Notes: generated from the sequence alone by a model not told the origin. Shown: positions 52,141-62,759, counted from the first letter of the stretch. The stretch: 64,000 nucleotides of DNA from Candidatus Gallacutalibacter pullicola (GCA_018712265.1 DVHF01000080.1:855-64854), one strand, 5' to 3'. A program made the numbers and translations.

Positions 52141-52558
52141 AGCCAACACAGATCCACAATCCAAGCATGGACAGGTATTCCGCAAGGAACAGCACGAGCG
52201 GCTGCTCCATATCAAAAAAGACAAATTGCGTGCGCAGGAACATATAATCAGCAAGATTATGTGTTCCAAAAGAAAAAATTCCAAATACACAGATTACGAC
52301 GAGCACTGCGCGCAGCACCCAGGAACGGATCGAGGATGTCTTTGTCACGCCGAACATCCTGCGCGCCATTCCCATAATCATCCCCCAGTGCAGTCCAATA
52401 TGAACGCCCATCAGCAGGAATCCCCAGTACGCGGACAGCATATGTAAGCGCAGCACAAAAAGCTTTCCTGCTGCACTTACATTATAAAGGGCGAAATATT
52501 CCATGTCTAATACTTGATTTTTATAAAGCAAAATGCTCTCAAAGCATTTTATTTTCAC
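52115..52558 (-). CDS. DUF4405-like membrane protein (possibly truncated)
   Basis: Contains His-rich TM motifs (GVHIGLHWGMIMG). The last codons are encoded by the family-2 terminal repeat, and the N-terminus is uncertain. Confidence 0.4.
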   Translation of the reverse strand: MKIKCFESILLYKNQVLDMEYFALYNVSAAGKLFVLRLHMLSAYWGFLLMGVHIGLHWGMIMGMARRMFGVTKTSSIRSWVLRAVLVVICVFGIFSFGTHNLADYMFLRTQFVFFDMEQPLVLFLAEYLSMLGLWICVGWRLRRTAG

Positions 52559-52568
52559 AATGAGTACG

Positions 52569-53453
52569 TTATTTTTCTGGTAAAGTCTCTTTTAAAAACT
52601 CAATGAATTTTTCAGCTGCAAGTCCAAAGGGCTGTTTCCGTTTCCAGGCCAGGACAGTTGTGGCCGTCAGCTCGGGCCACAACGGGCGGTATGTAATCTT
52701 ATTCTTATCCCAGAAAGAGATAGATCCCTGAATTAGAAGCCCATATGCCAGCTTATTGTGCGCCATAATAGAGCTGACAGACGGCAGATTCGCAGTAAAC
52801 CGGACATTCAGCTTCTCATATTCCACACCGAGCCAGTGCGCCAGTTCGCTTTGGAAATTTGTCCGGTACGGGAGAATCAGAGGCTGTCCGCGCAGATCCT
52901 CCGGCGTAATACGATCCAGCTTAGCCAGCGGAGAATCCGGGTGCATCACAGCCACCCACTGTTCCTGATTCGCCAAACGGATATACTCATATTTTTCCAG
53001 ATTGATCGGCTCCAACAGCATCCCAATATCCGTCAGCCCCCGATCCATCCGATCCCTTATGTGATCGGCAGCGGCGGTGTAAAGCCCAAAGGTAACGGCC
53101 GGATATCTCTCCTGAAAGGAACGGAACAGATCAGGCAAACGCCGCACCGCGGCAAGATCCCCGCACCCGATGGATACCGTGCCCGTGATCGTCTCGTCGT
53201 GTTCGGCAAGCTCCTTTTCCGTTTTATCCACCAGCTCCAAAATCTCCTCCGCCCGGCGGCGCAGCAGCATTCCCTCATTCGTGAGGGCTATTTTCCTTGT
53301 GCCGCGATCAAAGAGCCTCACGCCCATTTCCTCCTCCATCTGCGCAATCTGGCGGCTAAGGGTAGGCTGGGTGATGTGCAGCACTTCGGCCGCCTTGGTA
53401 ATATTTTCTTCCCTCACTACCGTCAAAAAATACCGCAGGACCCGGATTTCCAT
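52569..53453 (-). CDS. LysR family transcriptional regulator
   Basis: MEIRVLRYFLTVVREENITKAAEVLHITQPTLSRQI HTH region plus a LysR substrate-binding domain. Confidence 0.9.
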   Translation of the reverse strand: MEIRVLRYFLTVVREENITKAAEVLHITQPTLSRQIAQMEEEMGVRLFDRGTRKIALTNEGMLLRRRAEEILELVDKTEKELAEHDETITGTVSIGCGDLAAVRRLPDLFRSFQERYPAVTFGLYTAAADHIRDRMDRGLTDIGMLLEPINLEKYEYIRLANQEQWVAVMHPDSPLAKLDRITPEDLRGQPLILPYRTNFQSELAHWLGVEYEKLNVRFTANLPSVSSIMAHNKLAYGLLIQGSISFWDKNKITYRPLWPELTATTVLAWKRKQPFGLAAEKFIEFLKETLPEK

Positions 53454-53629
53454 AGAGACACCTCCGTATTCAGCAGATAATATGATCTAAAATAAATTAT
53501 AGCACGTCCACAACCGATTGGGCAATATCGTTGTTTATCATAGAATAGACAGCCCCCTGAGCACTTCATCAGATCTCAGGGGGCAGACTTATGTTCAAAT
53601 ATTGTTCGGAAATATAAACAGGGCAGGCA

Positions 53630-54973
53630 TCACGCCGCATCGGGCTGCATCAGCTCGCCGCGCTTTTTGATCAGGATAATCAGCGAAAGGACAGCCGCCA
53701 GGAGGGCTGTTCCTGCAAAATTGAGCCAAATTCCCGTCAAGCCGAGCGGCCAGAGCAGCACGATCAGAAGCACCGGGAACAGCAGCGCCGTGGAAACCGA
53801 GATGATAGATGCCGGAAGCGGCTTTTCAATCGCCAGCATATAACTCTGCGTTGCAAAAGAGAACCATCTTGTAATATAGGTAAGACTGAACAGCTGAAGC
53901 GCCGTCACAGCAGTTGCCATAGCCGCAGCGTCTGCATCCGACATGAACAGACTGGCAATCTGGCTGGGAACCAGGGCGATCACCACTACGGATGCCAGCG
54001 AAACAACCCCGCTGGCCGTAAAGCAGCACCGTTCAATCTGCCTCACACGCGAATTCTTTCCCGCGCCCCAGTTATAGCCGACCGCCGGCTGGAGGGAATC
54101 GCACATTCCGTACATAAGCGGCTGGATAAAGCCATCCACATACATAAGGACACCGTAAATCGAAACCGCCGTCTCTCCGCCCAGGCGCACCAGAATAGCA
54201 TTGAGCAGGATTGATGTAATCCTTCCTGCGATATTATTCAGGAAGTTGGGACTGCCGCAGGAGATAATCTGCCGGATCATAGCCATGTGGAAATGCGGCC
54301 TGCAAAAATGAAGAGTGGCTCTGCCGCGCAGGAATGGGATCAGTGCCAGCGCCACGGCAATAAACATACCAGAGCATGTGGCAAGAGCGGCCGCCCAAAT
54401 TCCCCAGCCCAGAATTCCCAGGAACAGGAATTCCAGTCCCGCACTGATGACGGACATAATGATATTCAGCATCATGCTGCCGCGGATCATACCGCTGATG
54501 CGCAGGAAGTTGTCCATTGCGAAGACGATAGTTGTTACCGGAGAAGAAATTGCATAAACCCTGAGATACTGCACCGCAAGCTCTGCAAAGTCCCCTTCCG
54601 CCCCCATCAGGCGGATCAAAAGCGGGGCCGCCGCATATAGTATGCCGCCAACTACAACGCCTGCGCCTACAATCATCAAACAGGCACAGGTAAAAATATT
54701 ATTCGCTTCTTTGTCCTGCTTTCTGCCCAGACAGATCGAAATTGGCACAGAGGATCCGACGCCGATCAGATCCGCCAGCGCAAAGTTGATGATGACAAAC
54801 GGCATGGCAAGATTCAGCGCAGCAAACGGCGTTCCTCCCAAAAACTGGCCGACAAAGATGCCGTCAAACAACTGGTACAGCGCCGACGCCAGCATACTGA
54901 CTGCGCCCGGAATAGATGCAATAAAAAACAGCTTCAGCGGCGGTGTTTTTGCAAACAGGGTTTTGGAATCCAT
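53630..54973 (-). CDS. MATE family efflux transporter
   Basis: 12-TM protein with MATE-type N- and C-terminal halves. The ATG at 54973 is preferred over the RBS-less GTG at 54997. Confidence 0.85.
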   Translation of the reverse strand: MDSKTLFAKTPPLKLFFIASIPGAVSMLASALYQLFDGIFVGQFLGGTPFAALNLAMPFVIINFALADLIGVGSSVPISICLGRKQDKEANNIFTCACLMIVGAGVVVGGILYAAAPLLIRLMGAEGDFAELAVQYLRVYAISSPVTTIVFAMDNFLRISGMIRGSMMLNIIMSVISAGLEFLFLGILGWGIWAAALATCSGMFIAVALALIPFLRGRATLHFCRPHFHMAMIRQIISCGSPNFLNNIAGRITSILLNAILVRLGGETAVSIYGVLMYVDGFIQPLMYGMCDSLQPAVGYNWGAGKNSRVRQIERCCFTASGVVSLASVVVIALVPSQIASLFMSDADAAAMATAVTALQLFSLTYITRWFSFATQSYMLAIEKPLPASIISVSTALLFPVLLIVLLWPLGLTGIWLNFAGTALLAAVLSLIILIKKRGELMQPDAA

Positions 54974-54993
54974 ATAAAAACAGTACCTTCCTT

Positions 54994-55446
54994 TCACTCG
55001 TTCTGATGGTGTATTCGTCCCCCTATTTCAGTACACAGGCAGGAAGCAAATCGTTCAAATGCGTCAATAAATTCAGGGGGATATTTCTCAAGCGTGCTTT
55101 TTAATGCTTCCTGTTCTGCGGAATAAATCTTTTCCAGAAGATCATGAGCGTATTGTTGTCCCCGCTCTGTGAGAAGAATCGTCTTTTCCCTTGAATTCTC
55201 CTCCGGCAGCAGGATGGCGTATCCGTCGTTTATCAGTTCTTTGACAATCGTATTGATGGTCGTTTTTGGGATCTGCCAGTCCTCAGAAATCTGCTTCTGC
55301 GAATGTGGATGTCCATCGTCCAGCTCATACAGCAGCGCAAGCGTATTTTCCTTGACTCCCAGCTTTCGGGCATAAAAATAATAGCTTCCATCTATTTTGT
55401 TGATTGCAATAATCAGACGCCGTACCGCCTCATAAGGATCTTCCAC
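54994..55446 (-). CDS. MarR family transcriptional regulator
   Basis: Winged helix L...DGHPHSQKQISEDWQIPKTTINTIVKELINDGY. GTG start at 55446 follows AGGGAG. The stop abuts the MATE gene. Confidence 0.75.
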   Translation of the reverse strand: MEDPYEAVRRLIIAINKIDGSYYFYARKLGVKENTLALLYELDDGHPHSQKQISEDWQIPKTTINTIVKELINDGYAILLPEENSREKTILLTERGQQYAHDLLEKIYSAEQEALKSTLEKYPPEFIDAFERFASCLCTEIGGRIHHQNE

Positions 55447-55463
55447 AATATCCCATCTCCCTT

Positions 55464-55503
55464 TAATACGAATTCGTACTCTATTGTAATACGAATTCGT
55501 ACT
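55464..55503. promoter_or_regulatory. putative MarR operator: two copies of TAATACGAATTCGTACT, each containing the palindrome TACGAATTCGTA
   Basis: Palindromes lie at 55467-55478 and 55490-55501 (23 bp centre to centre), 20-55 nt upstream of the MarR start. Confidence 0.5.
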
Positions 55504-55573
55504 ATTGTCAAGCAGAATTTTCGGATTTTTATAGCTCCGGTAATACCGCAAATTTGAGATCCATTCCGGACCG

Positions 55574-55625
55574 AAAACAAATAAAAGAGGCCGCGGCCAA
55601 GGGAAATATTCCCTTAACCGCAGCC
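55574..55625 (-). terminator. rho-independent terminator after the fucosidase gene
   Basis: Nested hairpin GGCTGCGG-TTAAGGGAATATTTCCCTT-GGCCGCGGCC on the minus strand, followed by TCTTTTATTTGTTTT. Confidence 0.65.
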
Positions 55626-55664
55626 CCTTTCAGGCGCTGGAACCGACATCGTTGTAACCTTCTA

Positions 55665-56951
55665 TTATTCGCAGATGGACTGATCAAATTCCAGCTTGAT
55701 GATCATGACCTCATTGGCAAACTGCTCCGCCGGAAGATTCCGGATCCGCAGATACTCACGCCCCTCGCGGTGGAGGGAGGCCGGCATATTGACGCACATA
55801 TCGAGCGGCTGGCCGTTATTGAGCAGCGTCGCGCGCGCCGGAAGGACGTCGAACGGCTTGACGACGATGCCGTCCGTCTCCGTACCGGCATACAGGTGAA
55901 CGTAGATCGTATTGCCGCGCCGCGTCAGGAGCATGGGATCGCGCATATTCGATGTCATATCTGTGATCATGGAAGTCGCGGGCACCGTATCGCCGAACGC
56001 CTCCTTCACGCGGTTGTACCAGTCCCCGATCTTTTTTAGGGAGCGCACATCGCGTTCATCCAGACTGCCGTCCGCCTTGGGACCGATATTCAGCTGGTAA
56101 TTCCCGCCCATCGCCATCACGCGGTCGATGCTGCGGATCAGGTGGGCGCTGGTGTAGTAATCCTCGTCCGTCTTGTAGCCCCAGCTTTCACGGCCAAGCG
56201 ACTGCACCGCCTCCGTAAGGCGCGGGAACTCCCCGCCCTCCGGGATGCTCCGTTCCGGTGTCTGGAAATCCCAGTTTTCCGGACCGCGGTTGTTGATCAC
56301 CATGCTGGGCTGCAGCTGCCGCAGATGATCGTTGAAGGCGGTGTTGTTGTAGCCGCACACATTGATGTCCCAGAAGAACTGACCGATCTCACCGTAGTTG
56401 GTGCACAGCTCCTCCGCCTGGGCCTCCATATACTCGAAATATTTCCGCAGATCCGGTTCATCGCCCGCCCTGGGACCGAACATCTCATGGTGGCGGCCCT
56501 GGTTCGGGTAGTTCTTGTGGTGCCAGTCCGGGATGGAATAATAGATCCCCATCACCATATTGTTCCTCTGGCAGGAATCGGAGATCATGCGCAGCACGTC
56601 CCTGTGGTACGGCGTATTCATAATATTGTAGTCCGTGTATTTGGTGTCCCACATACAGAATCCGTCGTGATGCTTGCTGGTAAAGCAGACATACTCCATG
56701 CCGACGCTTTTCGCCAGCTCCAGCCATTCGTCGGGATCGAACTTTACCGGGTTGAACTGGTGCATCAGCGGTTCATATTCCCTGCGGGGCATCCTGCCGC
56801 GCCAGAGAATCTGCTCATGCCACGCAGGGATGCTGTAAAGCCCCCAGTGGATGAACAGTCCGAACCGTTTCTGCTGGAACCAGTCCCTGCTGTCATAAAA
56901 TCGAAGCCGATCAATCATACCGGTCTGCCTCCTTTTTCTGTTCCTGCTCAT
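55665..56951 (-). CDS. alpha-L-fucosidase (GH29)
   Basis: Contains FGLFIHWGLYSIPAW...KHHDGFCMWDT, the GH29 catalytic region. Confidence 0.9.
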   Translation of the reverse strand: MSRNRKRRQTGMIDRLRFYDSRDWFQQKRFGLFIHWGLYSIPAWHEQILWRGRMPRREYEPLMHQFNPVKFDPDEWLELAKSVGMEYVCFTSKHHDGFCMWDTKYTDYNIMNTPYHRDVLRMISDSCQRNNMVMGIYYSIPDWHHKNYPNQGRHHEMFGPRAGDEPDLRKYFEYMEAQAEELCTNYGEIGQFFWDINVCGYNNTAFNDHLRQLQPSMVINNRGPENWDFQTPERSIPEGGEFPRLTEAVQSLGRESWGYKTDEDYYTSAHLIRSIDRVMAMGGNYQLNIGPKADGSLDERDVRSLKKIGDWYNRVKEAFGDTVPATSMITDMTSNMRDPMLLTRRGNTIYVHLYAGTETDGIVVKPFDVLPARATLLNNGQPLDMCVNMPASLHREGREYLRIRNLPAEQFANEVMIIKLEFDQSICE

Positions 56952-57125
56952 TCCCGAGTGGGAAGAAGCTCAAAAATAACGGCGTCGTGCGCCGGGATTT
57001 CCAAACGAACCCGGCGATCGGACAGCATCTGGATCACCCCGCAGCGAGCGTTCGTCCACCGCATCCAGATCTTCGATACCGTTCGGCGTGACATTGGCTG
57101 CCGTCAATACCAGAGAATGTTGTCC
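56948..57125 (-). pseudogene. frameshifted C-terminal remnant of a glycoside-hydrolase-like gene
   Basis: ...VIQMLSDRRVRLEIPAHDAVIFELLPTRE ends in a TGA that overlaps the fucosidase ATG (ATGA). The upstream part continues in another frame, and no N-terminal part is present. Confidence 0.3.
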
Positions 57126-57180
57126 TTTTCCTCTCTATATTACTATTTGCAAAAAACAAAATCAATTATTTTAAATATTT

Positions 57181-57314
57181 TTCAAAAATGCTGAAAAATT
57201 CGCTGTGGATACAAAGCGCGAATTCGGCACATTTTGTATTGCAATGGATGAGCAACACAGTAGGCACCGCTTTTCAGGTGAATGTAATCGTGTTGAGAAC
57301 TTTTCAGATCTCCC
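57181..57314. repeat. family-3 MITE-like repeat, copy C (left end missing)
   Basis: Aligns with 26333-26474 and ends GAGAACTTTTCAGATCTCCC. Confidence 0.6.
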
Positions 57315-57470
57315 CTAAGTTCTCTTTCTGTAAAGATTCGTCCTCAGATGTCCATGGCGCAGAAATGCAGTTTCGTTTTTCCGGCCTTTCCAGAACGTCA
57401 AGAAAGACCTCGTCTGGGCAACAAAAGGGAGGACAGTTGTTTTTGGCAGCTGTCCTCCGTCTCTGTTCTA

Positions 57471-58676
57471 TTATCCCAGTTCAAAGCGCGTAAAGGTTTG
57501 CGTTTCTACGATCTTTTCCTGGCAGAGATCCTCGCCGATACCGGGAGTCTCGTTCATTTTCAGGAACCCATCCGGGCTGATCTGCGTGTCGTGTGCGAAA
57601 AACGCCGTCTTATGATCGATGAAATTCAGCAAGTATTCCACATAAGGGACTACATCCGGCGGCATAGCGGCAGCGACCTGCATTGCCGGCAGGAGACCGT
57701 GGCCGTGCTGGATGCAGCGCACGCCGTATGTCTCGCACAGATCCGCGATGCGCAAAGCCTCCGTGATGCCGCCGCACCATTCCGGATCGGACTGCATCAC
57801 ATCGAAAATGCCGTCGCGCAGATAGCCGTTTACCTCCATGCGGGTATAGAGATGCTCTCCAGCGGCGAGCGGAACCCGTGTCTCCGCGTGCAGCTTGTGA
57901 TAACCGTCCACCATATGCGGACGCAGCGCCTCCTCCACCCAGACAGGATGGATCGGCTCCAGACGGCGCAGCATCTCCTTGGCGTATACCACGTCCCAGC
58001 CCATCCAGCAGTCGAACATCAGCTCATAGCCGTCGCCGAGCTCCTCGCGCAGGGCCTCTGCCAACGCCATATTTTTCCGCATTCCCTCCTCGCCCTGGGC
58101 GGGGCCGTACCGGAAGAACCACTTCTGCGCGCGCACGCCCATATTGCGCACCATCGCGGCGTATTCGCGCGCACGATCCGGCTCCACGGAGAATGAGAGC
58201 ATACTCACATACGGGCGCAGCTTTTCGCGTCCGCCGCCCAGCAGCTTGTACACCGGCTGGCCGAGGATCTTCCCTTTCAGATCCCACAGTGCGATGTCCA
58301 CGGCGCTCAGGGCCATCAGGATGAGGCCGCTGCGCGCATGGCGGTCAAAGCGGGACATCACGTCCCAGAGCAGGCGGTTTTCCAGCGGATCGCGCCCAAT
58401 CAGCAGAGGGGCCAGTCCCTCAAGAGCGATCAGCAGCTGACCGCGGTAGTCCACCGGGCCGTGGATCCCCTCCACGCCCTCGTCGGTTGAGATCACGAGG
58501 AAATACTCACTGAGGATGCCGTCCTTATAATCGCTGGCAGCGCGCATACGCGGGGAACGTTCGCCGGAATCGTACTCGGGATACACGTCCAGCGGCTTTG
58601 CCGAGCGCGCTTCCGATTTGTATTTTGGGGTATAGGGGATGCTGTGTCTGTCAATTCTCAGACCTGTGATTTTCAT
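57471..58676 (-). CDS. enolase-superfamily (mandelate racemase/muconate lactonizing enzyme family) sugar-acid dehydratase-like protein
   Basis: 401 aa with a capping domain and a TIM barrel. Metal-ligand region around MFDCWMGW and EEALRP. Confidence 0.8.
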   Translation of the reverse strand: MKITGLRIDRHSIPYTPKYKSEARSAKPLDVYPEYDSGERSPRMRAASDYKDGILSEYFLVISTDEGVEGIHGPVDYRGQLLIALEGLAPLLIGRDPLENRLLWDVMSRFDRHARSGLILMALSAVDIALWDLKGKILGQPVYKLLGGGREKLRPYVSMLSFSVEPDRAREYAAMVRNMGVRAQKWFFRYGPAQGEEGMRKNMALAEALREELGDGYELMFDCWMGWDVVYAKEMLRRLEPIHPVWVEEALRPHMVDGYHKLHAETRVPLAAGEHLYTRMEVNGYLRDGIFDVMQSDPEWCGGITEALRIADLCETYGVRCIQHGHGLLPAMQVAAAMPPDVVPYVEYLLNFIDHKTAFFAHDTQISPDGFLKMNETPGIGEDLCQEKIVETQTFTRFELG

Positions 58677-58723
58677 GGATAAACTCCTCCTTTATTGCCG
58701 GATCCGTTTGATCCGGCGTTCTG

Positions 58724-58849
58724 TCACCTCCGGCCCGCTTTCTGCTTTCTGTACTCCTCCAGATAGGCACTCGGAGGCATACCAAAGCAGCGTTTAAAAG
58801 CCTTGTAAAAGGTGTTCAGTTTCTGATAGACGGCCTCTTGACACAATTC
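58724..58849 (-). pseudogene. C-terminal remnant of an AraC-family regulator
   Basis: Encodes ELCQEAVYQKLNTFYKAFKRCFGMPPSAYLEEYRKQKAGRR*, the second AraC HTH. The upstream part of the gene is absent. Confidence 0.5.
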
Positions 58850-58986
58850 AGAGGGTGGAGAGAATAGCTTCTGATAGAACCGCAGGGGAAGGAAGCTTCC
58901 TCCCTCCCCCTGCCTCCATACAATATTCTTTCACCCTTGGCCAAACATCTTTGATAGCCAACAGACGGAAATCTTATCTTTTTCGA

Positions 58987-61077
58987 TTACATAACGCTGA
59001 ACAGAAGATCGCCGTACGTCGGGAACGGCCAATATTTGCGGCCTGTGATGGTTTCCAGATGATCGGCGATAGCGCGTGTTTTTTCCATCTGACGGAACAG
59101 GATATCGCGGCAATAACGGGATTTCTCCGTGCTGTTGTTATAACGCTCCGTGTTGGCCGTCACCTGCTCAAGCTGATCGCATTCTTCGTACAGCTTGGCG
59201 CTGGATGCCGAAAGCTCGCGCAGGAGCTTCTCCTCCAATGTACAATCGATGCCGCCTAACTGCTTTTTATTGCACGCCTGCGCGCTCAGATCGCGGATAT
59301 AGTCGCAGACCGCCGGGATAATATCGCCGCGGATCATGTCGATCATGGTAAGTGCCTCGATCTGCAGCTGCTTGCAGTAGTTTTCCAGCGAGATCTCGCA
59401 CCGCGACCGGATCTCCGTCGGGGACAGCACACCGTACTTTTCAAACAGCCGGACGTTTTCTTCCCGCACATAATACGGCAGCGCGTCCGCTGTGGACGGC
59501 AGGTTCAGCAGTCCGCGCTCGCGCGCCTCCTGCACCCATTCCTCGGAATAGTTGTTTCCGTTGAAGATGATCCGCTTATGCTTGCGGATCGAATGACGGA
59601 TCAGCCTGTTCAGTTCGGCCTGGAAATCGTCGGCCTTTTCCAGAATGTCGGCAAACTGGCACAGCGCATCAGCTACAATTGTATTGAGGATCGTATTCGG
59701 GCACGCAATGGATGCCGAGGATCCCGGCATACGGAATTCAAATTTATTGCCTGTGAAGGCGAACGGCGAGGTGCGGTTGCGGTCGGTGGTATCGCGCGGG
59801 AAGTGCGGCAGGACATCGACACCGATCTCCAGATCGCTGCGGTCCTTCTGATCGTATTCCTTGCCGCTCTCAACGGCCTCCAGAATGGCAGTCAGCTCGT
59901 CGCCGAGGGAGATCGAGATGATCGCCGGCGGAGCCTCATGCGCGCCGAGACGGTGATCGTTCCCGGCATCCGCAACGGACAGCCGCAGCAGATCCTGATG
60001 ATCGTCCACTGCCTGGATGATCGCCGTCAGCACCAGCAGGAACTGCGCGTTTTCCCGCGGGGAATCGCCCGGCTCAAGCAGGTTGACGCCCGTGTTTGTG
60101 CTCAGCGACCAGTTATTGTGCTTTCCGGAGCCGTTCACGCCTGTGAAGGGCTTTTCGTGCAGCAGGCACGCCAGACCGTGCCGCGACGCCACCATCTTCA
60201 TGACCTCCATCGTCAGCTGGTTGTGGTCCGTGGCGATATTCCCTTTGGTGAAGATCGGGGCAAGCTCGTGCTGTGCGGGGGCGGCTTCGTTGTGCTTCGT
60301 TTTGGCGAGGATCCCGAGCTTCCAGAGCTCCTCGTCCAGATCCTTCATAAAGGCCGAAACACGCGGCTTAATCACGCCGAAGTAGTGATCCTCCAGCTCC
60401 TGACCCTTGGGCGGCTTCGCGCCGAACAGCGTCCGTCCCGTGTATTTCAGATCCTTGCGCTGATCAAAGAGCTTCTTGTCGATCAGGAAATATTCCTGCT
60501 CCGGACCGATCGTCGTATTGACGTGCGTGACGTCCTCATTGCCGAACAGGTGCAGGATCCGCAGTGCCTGCTTGTTGATGACGTCCATCGAGCGCAGCAA
60601 TGGGACTTTCTTGTCGAGCGCCTCCCCGCCGTAGGAGCAGAACGCCGTCGGGATACACAGAGAGCCATCCTTGATGAACGCGTCCGAGGTGGGATCCCAT
60701 GCGGTATAGCCGCGCGCCTCAAATGTGGAACGAAGCCCGCCCGACGGAAAGCTGGATGCGTCCGGCTCGCCCTTGATCAGCTCCTTGCCGGAAAATTCCA
60801 TGATAACCCTGCCCGGCTCGGAGGGCGTGATAAAGCTGTCGTGCTTCTCCGCGGTGATGCCCGTCATCGGCTGGAACCAGTGGGTAAAGTGGGTAGCGCC
60901 GTTTTCCACCGCCCAGTTTTTCATGGCGTTCGCCACCACGTTTGCCACATGCGGATCCAGCGGCATCCCCTCCTCGCGGGTCTTGCGCAGCTGACGGTAA
61001 ATGTCTTTGGGAAGCCTCGCCCGCATGGTGGAATCGTTGAACACCTTGCAGCCAAAAATCTCAGGAATATTGCTCAT
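58987..61077 (-). CDS. glutamine synthetase, type III
   Basis: The 696-aa length and the N-terminus [15 protein letters not shown]...[10 protein letters not shown] are typical of GSIII. Confidence 0.88.
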   Translation of the reverse strand: MSNIPEIFGCKVFNDSTMRARLPKDIYRQLRKTREEGMPLDPHVANVVANAMKNWAVENGATHFTHWFQPMTGITAEKHDSFITPSEPGRVIMEFSGKELIKGEPDASSFPSGGLRSTFEARGYTAWDPTSDAFIKDGSLCIPTAFCSYGGEALDKKVPLLRSMDVINKQALRILHLFGNEDVTHVNTTIGPEQEYFLIDKKLFDQRKDLKYTGRTLFGAKPPKGQELEDHYFGVIKPRVSAFMKDLDEELWKLGILAKTKHNEAAPAQHELAPIFTKGNIATDHNQLTMEVMKMVASRHGLACLLHEKPFTGVNGSGKHNNWSLSTNTGVNLLEPGDSPRENAQFLLVLTAIIQAVDDHQDLLRLSVADAGNDHRLGAHEAPPAIISISLGDELTAILEAVESGKEYDQKDRSDLEIGVDVLPHFPRDTTDRNRTSPFAFTGNKFEFRMPGSSASIACPNTILNTIVADALCQFADILEKADDFQAELNRLIRHSIRKHKRIIFNGNNYSEEWVQEARERGLLNLPSTADALPYYVREENVRLFEKYGVLSPTEIRSRCEISLENYCKQLQIEALTMIDMIRGDIIPAVCDYIRDLSAQACNKKQLGGIDCTLEEKLLRELSASSAKLYEECDQLEQVTANTERYNNSTEKSRYCRDILFRQMEKTRAIADHLETITGRKYWPFPTYGDLLFSVM

Positions 61078-61334
61078 ACCATTCTATTCTCCTTTTCTGG
61101 TTTCCATCCGTCCGCCTCAGATACACCCTAAGCCGCGGGGATCGAATTTGACGGGATTTCTCGCGTTTATTTATCTCTGCCCTTATATTTTGAACTGGCC
61201 CGCCGCGGCAGAGTATTTTTTCCTGTCAGCATTTCTGCGGCTGGCGGGAGCGATCTGCGGTCTGCTCATTGTAGGTGCGCATTTCAGGCTTTCATCCGAG
61301 CTTTCAGCAAAGGGACTGTCAGGCCATACATACA

Positions 61335-61502
61335 CCGCTTGGGGGACCGCAAAAGCATTCCGGCAAACCATCCACCGGATGGTTTGCCTCCATTGTTTGC
61401 TCATCTTTCCGGAGGAACGCTTCGCGTTCCTGTTCCTGTGGGGGCTGCGCGCCCCCACGCCCCGCGCCGCCTTTGAAAAGGCGGGCGAAACTTTTAATTT
61501 TC
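61335..61502. repeat. family-1 element, copy 4 (solo arm, 168 bp)
   Basis: Carries the same four hairpins as the right arms of copies 1-3 and ends 12 nt from the pepT stop. Confidence 0.7.
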
Positions 61503-61514
61503 AGAGGCGCGCTT

Positions 61515-62759
61515 TTAGCCTTGCAGCGCCTCCGGCTCGGCGTACCTCGCCGCGACGCGTATAAGCAGCTCGACAATCTTTTCCATCGACTGCACGCACA
61601 CAAATTCAAACCGTCCATGCGCATTATGGCCGCCCGCGCAGAGGTTCGGGCACGGGAGTCCCATATAGGAAAGCCGCGCGCCGTCCGTTCCGCCGCGTAC
61701 CGGAATCACCACCGGCTCGATCCCCATTTCTTCCATCACACGCATCGCGTTCTCCACCAGATGGAAATGCGGCTCGATTTTTTCTTTCATATTGTAATAG
61801 CTGTCCCTCATCTGCGCGTCAAAGGAGCCCTCGCCGTACTTTTCGTTGAGATATGCGCAGATTTTGCGGACGCGCTCTTTTTTCTCCTCGAATTTTGCGC
61901 GGTCATGATCGCGGATGATATACTCGGACTCCGTATAGTCGACACTGCCCGAAATGCGGTCGAGGTGGAAGAAGCCCTCGCGATCCTCCGTATACATCGG
62001 GTTCTCAAATACAGGCAGCATATTTTGGAATTCCATAGCCATCAGGATCGCGTTCTTCATGTGGTTTTTGGAGGATCCGGGATGGTAGCTTTTGCCATGC
62101 ACCTTGAGCAGCAGCGACGCCGCGTTGAAGTTCTCGTATTCTATCTCGCCCAGCTTGCCGCCGTCCACGGTATAGGCAAAATCCGCGCCGAAACCTTTTA
62201 CGTCGAAGAAGTCCGTGCCGCGTCCGACCTCCTCATCCGGCGTGAACGCGATTTTGATCACCCCGTGCGGGATTTCCGGGTGCGCGATCATCGTTTGGGC
62301 CATCTCCATAATTTCCGCGACACCGGCCTTATCGTCTGCGCCCAGCAGCGTCGAGCCGTCCGTCACGATGAGATCCTGTCCACAGTATTCCAGCAGCTCC
62401 GGACTTTCTTCCGGAGAAAGGATATAGTTTCCGGCCGCATCAAGCTGAATGCTGTTTCCGTCATAATTTTTGACGATGCGCGGATTGACGTCCTTTCCGG
62501 ATACCGCCGGCGACGTATCCATATGCGCGATAAAGCCGATCACCGGCAGGCCCTCCGCCGGAACGGTGGCGGGGATCTCCGCGTAGACGTAGCCGTATGG
62601 ATCCATATGGACATCCTTCGCGCCCATCACCCGCAACTCCTCCGCCAGAAGGCGCGCGAGATCCTTTTGCTTTTCGGAGCTTGGGAACTGCTCCGCGTCC
62701 TGCACGGACTCTGTATCCACTTTCACATATCGAAGAAATTTTTCGGTAACGCCTGACAT
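61515..62759 (-). CDS. pepT: peptidase T (tripeptide aminopeptidase)
   Basis: M20B motifs [21 protein letters not shown] and GADDKAG. The ATG is at 62759. Confidence 0.9.
   Translation of the reverse strand: MSGVTEKFLRYVKVDTESVQDAEQFPSSEKQKDLARLLAEELRVMGAKDVHMDPYGYVYAEIPATVPAEGLPVIGFIAHMDTSPAVSGKDVNPRIVKNYDGNSIQLDAAGNYILSPEESPELLEYCGQDLIVTDGSTLLGADDKAGVAEIMEMAQTMIAHPEIPHGVIKIAFTPDEEVGRGTDFFDVKGFGADFAYTVDGGKLGEIEYENFNAASLLLKVHGKSYHPGSSKNHMKNAILMAMEFQNMLPVFENPMYTEDREGFFHLDRISGSVDYTESEYIIRDHDRAKFEEKKERVRKICAYLNEKYGEGSFDAQMRDSYYNMKEKIEPHFHLVENAMRVMEEMGIEPVVIPVRGGTDGARLSYMGLPCPNLCAGGHNAHGRFEFVCVQSMEKIVELLIRVAARYAEPEALQG

Noticed and set aside
59578-61131. 517-aa plus-strand ORF
   Set aside because: It is antisense to the type III glutamine synthetase gene and shows the same high-GC shadow-ORF composition.
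61275-62756. 493-aa plus-strand ORF
   Set aside because: It starts in the family-1 solo arm and runs antisense to pepT. It has no motifs.
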